In this document: positions 8,236-14,852 of the stretch, in pieces
Numbering within the stretch: position 1 is the first letter of the stretch
How the letters are laid out: every line of letters begins with the position of its first letter
Source of the DNA: an uncultured Gammaproteobacteria bacterium
GTDB taxonomy: Bacteria > Patescibacteriota > Patescibacteriia > Magasanikbacterales > JBBTQS01
NCBI GenBank assembly: GCA_964627055.1
Contig: CAZVGV010000005.1
Location: 1-59,161 of the forward strand
DNA length: 59,161 nucleotides
Direction of reading: 5' to 3'
The notes under the pieces: model-generated
The model's input: the letters and a program-made list of their open reading frames with translations, nothing else
Told to the model about the DNA's origin: nothing
The model's database searches: none
Translations under genes and position numbers: made by a program

Positions 8236-9232
8236 TGTCGTGAGCGTACGCAATAAGTGTTTCGACTCGAACGCGATTATGCTCTCTGCGTGAAGCGAAC
8301 TTTGTAGAGTCCCAACCGAAGTACGAGTCATCGACAATGTCATTTGCAAATCGTGCTGCGAGTTCGAGTGTGATCATGATACCGCTGCGCGTAATCGCCG
8401 GGTATAACGAAGCTGGAAGTGGGCGTTGTGCCAGGTACCCTTGCATGGCTTCACGGAATGCGTCGATAGAAAAGTATCCCTGGGTATTGTCTTCTTCAGA
8501 TAGTCGGCACCATGAACGAAGTGCATCGCCGATATCAACGAGCGAGCTGTGACGCATGCATGTGTCCAAGTCGATCATGCAGACACCCTTGCCGTCCTTG
8601 AACATGATATTGGAGATCTTTGGATCGCCGTGTACTACGGTAACATCGAGGGTTGGATCGATGGTGTATTCCTCGAGAAGTGGTGCAATAGATTCGAATC
8701 GCTGGCGTTCTTCGTCGCTTGTAGCGTGCGTAAGTATTTCCGGAAGTCGTTGACGCAGTGCAGCCAAAATCTGTGGTGTCTGATGAAGTCGTAATGGACT
8801 ATGCAATCCTGATGGATCGAAATCCTTCATTGCTTGATGAAACGTAGCAAGAATTCTTCCGGCTTCACGAGCATACGAAATATCAGGCATAACATCGAAT
8901 GTCTCTCCATCGACAGCTGTCATAACACGCCACACACGACCTTCTTCGTCGACAGTATAAGGCTCGCCATTCGCGGTAGTTCGGTACACAGGCGTTGGTA
9001 GGTTTTGTGCAGCGAGGTGTTGTGCGACATGCATGCTGTCGAGCGCAGTGCCAGCGGTAAAGATCGCACCAAGACGTTGCAAGATGTACTGTCCATCTTC
9101 AGTCAGCACGCGGTAGGTGTTATTGATAATACCAGAGGCAATTGGCTCGATTTTATGGATAGATCCAATAGCAAAATGTTCCAGGATTGATGTCAATTTT
9201 TGTTCTGCAATCATATGGAATAACTCTACCAT
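8174..9232 (-). CDS. Aminoglycoside-phosphotransferase-fold kinase, N-acetylhexosamine 1-kinase (NahK)-like; start 9232 or 9214
   Basis: G.INNTY, ILQRL, HGDPKISNIMF, MIDLDT, DIGDALRS motifs. Confidence 0.8.
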   Translation of the reverse strand: MVELFHMIAEQKLTSILEHFAIGSIHKIEPIASGIINNTYRVLTEDGQYILQRLGAIFTAGTALDSMHVAQHLAAQNLPTPVYRTTANGEPYTVDEEGRVWRVMTAVDGETFDVMPDISYAREAGRILATFHQAMKDFDPSGLHSPLRLHQTPQILAALRQRLPEILTHATSDEERQRFESIAPLLEEYTIDPTLDVTVVHGDPKISNIMFKDGKGVCMIDLDTCMRHSSLVDIGDALRSWCRLSEEDNTQGYFSIDAFREAMQGYLAQRPLPASLYPAITRSGIMITLELAARFANDIVDDSYFGWDSTKFASRREHNRVRVETLIAYAHDTIAHLAEMQTVLSDESLVQS

Positions 9233-9282
9233 AGAACCAGGTGTTGGCAAGGTCGGTGGAACCCGTGGTAGCCTACTGGCAT

Positions 9283-10542
9283 ATGGAGACCATTCTCGAT
9301 TTACATATTCACTCGAAGTACTCACGTGCGTGTAGCAAGAATCTGACACTACCTGTTATTGTTGAAGCGTGCGACGTGCGTGGTATCGATGTTGTCGCAA
9401 CGGGAGACTTCACGCATCCACAGTGGGTTCGCTCTCTCGATGAAGAACTGGTTGAGGTTGCATCTGGAATATTTGCCGTGAAGGGGAGTACAGCTCGAGC
9501 TCGGTTTATTCTTGGGACAGAAATTTCATGTATTTATTCTCATGCAGGAAAAGTACGACGTGTGCATGTGCTCGTCTTCGCGCCGTCACTAGCGGCGGTG
9601 CACGGAATCATCGCAGCACTTGAACGTCATGGGTGTAATCTACGAGCTGATGGGAGACCTATCATAGGACTATCGGCCAAGCAATTACTCACACTGATAC
9701 TGGAGGTAGATTCACGATGTGTACTGATACCGGCACACGCATGGACACCATGGTTTGCTGTCTTTGGATCAAAGTCTGGGTATGATGCGCTCTCCGAGTG
9801 CTTTGAGGATTTGACGTCGCACATTTTTGCTATCGAAACCGGACTCTCAAGTGATCCCACAATGAACGCGAGGCTTTCGGCGCTTGATTCCATTGCACTC
9901 ATTTCATGTTCCGATGCGCATTCTCCTGACAAACTCGGACGAGAAGCAACGGTGCTCGATTTTGCATCACGCGAAGCTGTGACGTACGACGCCATCATGG
10001 CAACGCTTCGGGCTAACACCCCAGAGACTTTGAAGTACACCATTGAATTTTTTCCCGAAGAGGGGAAGTATCATATGGATGGTCACGCACCCTGTGCTGT
10101 ACGTTGCACTCCTGCAGAAACAAAAAAATGGAATGGTGCGTGTCCGAAGTGTGGGCGTGCTATAACTGTGGGTGTACTCAATAGAATTGACGCACTTGCA
10201 GATCGAGCAGAGGAACTACACACGCACCGTCACATTCCGCATCGCAGCATTGTTCCGTTGCGTGAGATTGTTGCAAATGTGCTTGGTGTTGGTGTGGGCA
10301 GCAAGCGAGTGGCAGCAATGTATAACAAAATAATTGCAGAGGTAGGGAATGAGTTCTTTGTATTGCTGCAAGCGCCAATTGAGAAGATCGCAATGCATGC
10401 ATCGCCAGAAATTGCACTAGGTGTTGAGCGGATGCGTGCGGGGAATGTATATATATCACCCGGGTACGATGGAGTTTTTGGTACCATCTCTGTATTTCAG
10501 GATGCAGAGCGTCGCCAGAAGAATCAAACAACGCTGCTTTGA
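9283..10542 (+). CDS. PHP-domain endonuclease Q-family protein (TIGR00375-like)
   Basis: DLHIHSKYSRA, GDFTHP, PAHAWTPWF, ETGLSSD, SDAHS, EEGKYH, C..C zinc finger, PGYDG.FG. Confidence 0.9.
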   Translation: METILDLHIHSKYSRACSKNLTLPVIVEACDVRGIDVVATGDFTHPQWVRSLDEELVEVASGIFAVKGSTARARFILGTEISCIYSHAGKVRRVHVLVFAPSLAAVHGIIAALERHGCNLRADGRPIIGLSAKQLLTLILEVDSRCVLIPAHAWTPWFAVFGSKSGYDALSECFEDLTSHIFAIETGLSSDPTMNARLSALDSIALISCSDAHSPDKLGREATVLDFASREAVTYDAIMATLRANTPETLKYTIEFFPEEGKYHMDGHAPCAVRCTPAETKKWNGACPKCGRAITVGVLNRIDALADRAEELHTHRHIPHRSIVPLREIVANVLGVGVGSKRVAAMYNKIIAEVGNEFFVLLQAPIEKIAMHASPEIALGVERMRAGNVYISPGYDGVFGTISVFQDAERRQKNQTTLL

Positions 10543-10543
10543 A

Positions 10544-10587
10544 CAAAAGAAAACAACCCTGGAAAATCCCGGGGTTGTTTTCTTTTG
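10544..10587. terminator. Bidirectional intrinsic terminator
   Basis: CAAAAGAAAACAACC...GGTTGTTTTCTTTTG between convergent genes. Confidence 0.8.
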
Positions 10588-10610
10588 AAAGAACGAAGCA
10601 AGTTCGAAAA

Positions 10611-10739
10611 CTATTTCTTACGAGTAGCTTTACGCTTTGCTGGCTTCTTAGCAGCCTTCTTCTTAGGAGCTGCCTTTTTCTTAGCAGGCTTCTTAGCAGC
10701 TGGCTTGCGCTTTGGTGCTGCCTTTTTCTTTGCTGGCAT
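10611..10739 (-). CDS. 42-aa Lys/Ala/Pro-rich histone-H1-like basic protein
   Basis: MPAKKKAAPKRKPAAKKPAKKKAAPKKKAAKKPAKRKATRKK; SD AAGGAGGTGA upstream; terminator downstream. Confidence 0.8.
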   Translation of the reverse strand: MPAKKKAAPKRKPAAKKPAKKKAAPKKKAAKKPAKRKATRKK

Positions 10740-10901
10740 AGGTGTCACCTCCTTATCGTTGTGTGATTGAAAGATCAATCGCAAAGTTTTTAGAAATGTG
10801 AGAAAAATTTTTTCCAAGCATGGATGAAAATTTTTTCTCCTTCGGTCGACCTGCGTGTAGTATACAGAAAAAAATTTTGCATGGGAAGAAAAAAAGAAAA
10901 A

Positions 10902-10910
10902 GTTATACAC
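10902..10910 (+). promoter_or_regulatory. DnaA-box consensus in AT-rich region
   Basis: TTATACACA matches TTATNCACA. Confidence 0.35.
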
Positions 10911-11043
10911 AGTTGTGATGCAAATTTTTTTTGATTGAATTTTTTTTCGTCACGAAATTTTTTTTATAATCATTTTTTGCGATTGATTTTTTTGAAATGA
11001 AAAAAGCAGCGCAACATGTGCACTGCTTTTTTCGTTCTCGATG

Positions 11044-11117
11044 TGGACGGTACAAGAGTCGAACTTGTGACCTCCACAATGTCAATGTGGCGCTCTAACC
11101 AACTGAGCTAACCGTCC
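11044..11117 (-). tRNA. tRNA-Val(GAC)
   Basis: Cloverleaf GGACGGT/ACCGTCC, anticodon loop TTGACAT, T-loop GTTCGAC; CCA not encoded. Confidence 0.95.
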
Positions 11118-11148
11118 GTCGGAGATCTGTGTTGTGATCGTACTTGGG

Positions 11149-11221
11149 TGGGCGCACTGGGACTTGAACCCAGGACCGTTTGCTTAAGAGGCAACTGCTC
11201 TACCGGCTGAGCTATGCGCCC
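11149..11221 (-). tRNA. tRNA-Lys(CTT)
   Basis: GGGCGCA/TGCGCCC acceptor, loop CTCTTAA, GTTCAAG; CCA not encoded. Confidence 0.95.
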
Positions 11222-11243
11222 GCGTGTAGTGTAGTAGAGGTCC

Positions 11244-11288
11244 AAAAAAAATGCAAGAGGCTGGGGTGGTTGTCCCGCAGCCTCTTTG
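11244..11288 (-). terminator. Intrinsic terminator downstream of orphan gene
   Basis: AAGAGGCTG/CAGCCTCTT stem with T-run on the minus strand. Confidence 0.65.
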
Positions 11289-11300
11289 AAACCCTTGAAT

Positions 11301-11852
11301 TCAGCCCTTGAGTAGGGTGGCGATGTCGTAGGGTTCATTCTTTTTGCGTTGGAGAAACTTCTCGACCGTGAAGGGGGCGAAGATGACCGCCCTCCCATCG
11401 TGGATGGCTGATGGCAGGAATGACGATGAGTACTTTGGATCATTGCACAGCATCGACCCGAGCACGTCTACGTGACGAGTCGCATCTTCCATCAGAGCGA
11501 CAATCATGTGGTTGCGTGCGCTCATATTGGAGACTACTGCACTCCAGTATTGCTTCCAGCCTCCGTTATCCTTGTTTCTCTTGTGGAGGAGTAGTGCGTG
11601 TCCGTGTACTACGGGTTCCCCTGCTGCGTGAAGTGCATCGTAGATTGTTCTTGCCTGCGCTGCTGCCTGCTCAACTTGGTACGAGAGGACTCGGTTGTTT
11701 GCAGCGGGTACGTACTCGATCTTCCACGGTGCATGTCGCAGTGCGTAATATCGAATCAAATCCTGCAGTGTATTGTCGTCGACAACTGTGGTTGAATCAA
11801 CAGAAGCCGTGGGGACAGACTGAACGATTACAATCACACCAGTGTTCGGCAT
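11301..11852 (-). CDS. Hypothetical protein (183 aa)
   Basis: Fills the interval between terminator and a TTGACA-containing upstream region; no recognised motif. Confidence 0.65.
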   Translation of the reverse strand: MPNTGVIVIVQSVPTASVDSTTVVDDNTLQDLIRYYALRHAPWKIEYVPAANNRVLSYQVEQAAAQARTIYDALHAAGEPVVHGHALLLHKRNKDNGGWKQYWSAVVSNMSARNHMIVALMEDATRHVDVLGSMLCNDPKYSSSFLPSAIHDGRAVIFAPFTVEKFLQRKKNEPYDIATLLKG

Positions 11853-11938
11853 GTTGACCCCCGCGTGAATGGTGATGATACTTTTACACTGTAGTCACCT
11901 TGTGTCAAGAGTAGGGTGTGCGGTAGTGTAGTGTACGT

Positions 11939-12376
11939 ATGCGAATTATTTTTGGTTCTGATGCAAATGGTGCTCTTCAAGAATCTGCACTGATTGAGGA
12001 ACTACACAAGCTAGGGGATTGTAGCGCAATCGCCGATCTCGTCACGCCACTTGATGATTATATTCAAGTGACTGCTGCATTGTGTAAGGAAGTGTTGCGA
12101 TCGAAGTGTTCTGGAATTTTGTTGTGTGGTACAGGTGCTGGTACAGCAATCTGTGCGAATAAGCATAAAGGGGTGTATGCGGTTACGTGTTTTGATCCCG
12201 AGCATGCGCGTAATGCTCGACGTATCAACAATGCTAATGTGATTTGTATCGCTGTATCTACTCCGCTAGAAGTTAATCTTGAAATCATTCGTGTGTTCCT
12301 CACGACGCGATATCGTGGTCGCAAGCCGCAACGCATCAAAGCAGTGCGAGCATTAGAACGAAAGCAGTTCAAATAA
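11939..12376 (+). CDS. RpiB/LacA/LacB-family sugar-phosphate isomerase, divergent
   Basis: IFGSD..G, LLCGTGAG..I.ANK.KG, NNANVIC. Confidence 0.85.
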   Translation: MRIIFGSDANGALQESALIEELHKLGDCSAIADLVTPLDDYIQVTAALCKEVLRSKCSGILLCGTGAGTAICANKHKGVYAVTCFDPEHARNARRINNANVICIAVSTPLEVNLEIIRVFLTTRYRGRKPQRIKAVRALERKQFK

Positions 12377-12420
12377 AAAACAATCACCAGACGCCTCCCG
12401 GGTCTGGTGATGTGTTTTGT
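12377..12420. terminator. Bidirectional terminator
   Basis: ATCACCAGAC/GTCTGGTGAT stem flanked by A-run and T-run. Confidence 0.7.
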
Positions 12421-12434
12421 GTTCTCTGTGATGA

Positions 12435-12902
12435 TCACAGAGTGGGCGACCATCTGCTCACGCGGAGGTATCCGCCGGTCCTTGCTGCGTTGGCGGCGTT
12501 GGGGCTACCTGAGGCGAAGCCGTAGGTCAATGGCGTGTTGACTTCCCAGAAGCCCAGCGCCTGGCCAAGTGCAAGGAGACCGAACGCGTGGTGCTTGTCG
12601 AGTACGTGGGTCATGTCCACGTAGGTGGGGAGTCCGGACAGCGGCGTGATCTTGTGTCCGTCAGCGGTGCTCGGCCACTCCTGGAGGATCGAGACGACCT
12701 CATCCCGGTGTGCCCTCGACAAGGCAACATCGACGGCCAGCTTGTGGAGGTAGCAGTCGACCCACAGAATTGAATCCAGTGGTGGCTGGCCGCTGGTTGT
12801 CGTTCGAAGCCATTGGAATTGGGCGATGGCCACCGCATCGTTGATGACAGGGCATGCCTTCGTGGTCAGATCGATGATCTCGTTGAGACGTGTGGTGTTC
12901 AT
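12435..12902 (-). CDS. Hypothetical protein (155 aa)
   Basis: ATG 12902 preceded by GAGGA; GC-richer coding; ends at the shared terminator. Confidence 0.65.
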   Translation of the reverse strand: MNTTRLNEIIDLTTKACPVINDAVAIAQFQWLRTTTSGQPPLDSILWVDCYLHKLAVDVALSRAHRDEVVSILQEWPSTADGHKITPLSGLPTYVDMTHVLDKHHAFGLLALGQALGFWEVNTPLTYGFASGSPNAANAARTGGYLRVSRWSPTL

Positions 12903-13125
12903 TATTCCTCGTCGAGGTGGTCCATGCACAGCACACCACATCGCACTGTTTTTGTAAAGATATGCAGACTGCGTATCTTGTGTTTTTTTAGATGTCGCCA
13001 GAGGCCGACCAGCCAACGGTGCGTGTCGTGAGATACAAAAATACCACCTGGTTGGCCGAGGTAGAGATGCAATTATGTGGGTAGCGGAATCGACGTTGTA
13101 CCCTGAAAATACAGAAGAGATGCTG

Positions 13126-13197
13126 TGCCCGCGGAGGGAATCGAACCCCCATTCTTAGTTCCGAAGACTAATGTCCTATCCGTTGAACGACGCGGGC
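13126..13197 (-). tRNA. tRNA-Arg(TCG)
   Basis: GCCCGCG/CGCGGGC acceptor, stem TTAGT-CTTCGGA-ACTAA, GTTCGAT. Confidence 0.93.
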
Positions 13198-13208
13198 GAC
13201 GTGCAGCG

Positions 13209-13967
13209 CTAGTTGGCTGCGTCGAAGAGAACTGAAGGATCGCGACGAATGATTTTTACACGACCGCCTTTCCAGCCTTTTACCTTGAGTGCGTGTTCTG
13301 CAGCGTCGGTCTGCGCCTCTTGCTTGCTTGTGCCTTCCCCACTTGCGACAAGCTCTCGGTCGAGGAATACACCAACCTTGAAATGCTTGTCATGGTCTGG
13401 GCCATCTTCTTCGAGCACGCGGTAGCTTGGAGTAATACCAACCATTTCTTGTGCTGACTCCTGGAATCGAGACTTGGCGTCGATGAAGAGGCCGTTTTCG
13501 ATGATGGTATCCAGATGCGAAACAATGTACTTCAAAACAAAGGTCTTTGCAACATCGTATCCCTGGTCGAGGTAGATGGCTCCAATAACAGACTCCATTG
13601 CATTTGCGAGAATGTAATCGCGTGCCTTGGTGCCAGCATCCTTCGATTCACCGTGGGAGAGTAGGAGGTACGGTTCGATGTTGATGCTCTTGGCGATTTC
13701 GGAGAGCTTCTTTGCGTTCACAAGTGCTGCGCGCCAGTTCGTGAGCTCGCCCTCAGGGTTACCGAAGTGCGTGAATAGATATTGGGTAACAATCAATTCG
13801 AGTACTGCGTCACCAAGAAACTCGAGTCGTTCGTTGTGCTCGAGGGGGAAGTCTTTGTGTTCGTTGAGGTAAGATCGGTGGACAAATGCCTGCTGCAAGA
13901 TCGTGTAATCCTTGAATGTTACGCCAATCCCTTGTGCAAACTCCTGTACATTGCTGGCAAATTCCAT
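13209..13967 (-). CDS. rnc: Ribonuclease III
   Basis: HNERLEFLGDAVLEL signature; C-terminal dsRBD. Confidence 0.97.
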   Translation of the reverse strand: MEFASNVQEFAQGIGVTFKDYTILQQAFVHRSYLNEHKDFPLEHNERLEFLGDAVLELIVTQYLFTHFGNPEGELTNWRAALVNAKKLSEIAKSINIEPYLLLSHGESKDAGTKARDYILANAMESVIGAIYLDQGYDVAKTFVLKYIVSHLDTIIENGLFIDAKSRFQESAQEMVGITPSYRVLEEDGPDHDKHFKVGVFLDRELVASGEGTSKQEAQTDAAEHALKVKGWKGGRVKIIRRDPSVLFDAAN

Positions 13968-13978
13968 AGCGGGCGAAA

Positions 13979-14446
13979 TTACGATGCTGATTCAGTTGGC
14001 GCTGCTTCCTTTGTCTTCGGAGCATCTGGTTCTTGTGGCATATCCTTGTACATTGCCCCAAGAACACCGTTGACGAAACGACCAGAGGATGGGCCTCCGT
14101 ACGTCTTTGCGATCTCAATCGCTTCGTTGATGGCAACCTTTGCAGGAATGGCAGTATCAAACTTGAGTTCGTAGACTCCAATACGCAAAATAGCGCGGTC
14201 AACAGCCATGATCTGATCGATCGGCCACTGCGGCGCGTATTTCGTGATGAGTGCGTCGATCTCTGTGATGTGATCGAGTGTGCCTTGCACTGTCTTTAAC
14301 GAAAACCCGTCATTCTCGGCTGTGCCAGCAAACTCTTGCCATGTCTTGTCGACGATAGCAGGGACGATGGCAGTAGGCTTGCCATTGAAATCCCATTGAT
14401 AGAGGCTTTGCATTGCAACTGCGCGACCGAGATGACGGGAGGCCAT
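13979..14446 (-). CDS. nusB: Transcription antitermination factor NusB
   Basis: [36 protein letters not shown]. Confidence 0.96.
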   Translation of the reverse strand: MASRHLGRAVAMQSLYQWDFNGKPTAIVPAIVDKTWQEFAGTAENDGFSLKTVQGTLDHITEIDALITKYAPQWPIDQIMAVDRAILRIGVYELKFDTAIPAKVAINEAIEIAKTYGGPSSGRFVNGVLGAMYKDMPQEPDAPKTKEAAPTESAS

Positions 14447-14488
14447 ACAAAATGAGCGGGAAACTCGCCACGTGGCGAGTGGATCGTA

Positions 14489-14677
14489 TTAGTTCGAGCG
14501 CTTTGCTGCTGCTTTCATCTGACGGCCCTTGTAGGTGCCGCAGAACGCGCAGATCTGGTGAGGCATCACCGGTTTCTTGCACTGACTGCACGCGATCATC
14601 GACTTCTTATCCAAGTGCTGATGCGCATTGGCGCGTCCGATACGAGCATGATTGTGTCGCTGTGTAGGCGTAGGCAT
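14489..14677 (-). CDS. rpmF: 50S ribosomal protein L32
   Basis: MPTP, CxxC...PHxxCxxCGTYKG. Confidence 0.95.
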   Translation of the reverse strand: MPTPTQRHNHARIGRANAHQHLDKKSMIACSQCKKPVMPHQICAFCGTYKGRQMKAAAKRSN

Positions 14678-14852
14678 AACAAAAATTCATTTCGAATAGG
14701 CTAAGTATAGCAGAAAACGCTTTATTTAGCAAGTATGCATATTCTCTGTATTTTAGGCAAAAAGTCTAGTCACCAAAATTGAAGGGCCAGCCCGAGGAAG
14801 GGCTGGCCGCTTCGTACCCCGACGCAATCCGGGGAGCACTCTTTGGTGTGGA

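Noticed and set aside
10740-11043. Firm oriC call
   Set aside because: Only one perfect DnaA box, no dnaA/dnaN nearby, and skew cannot be judged from one window; kept only as a hypothesis
14783-14813. SRP RNA (GGAA-containing hairpin)
   Set aside because: The stem is perfectly paired and lacks the conserved internal loops (CAGG/AGCA) of SRP helix 8
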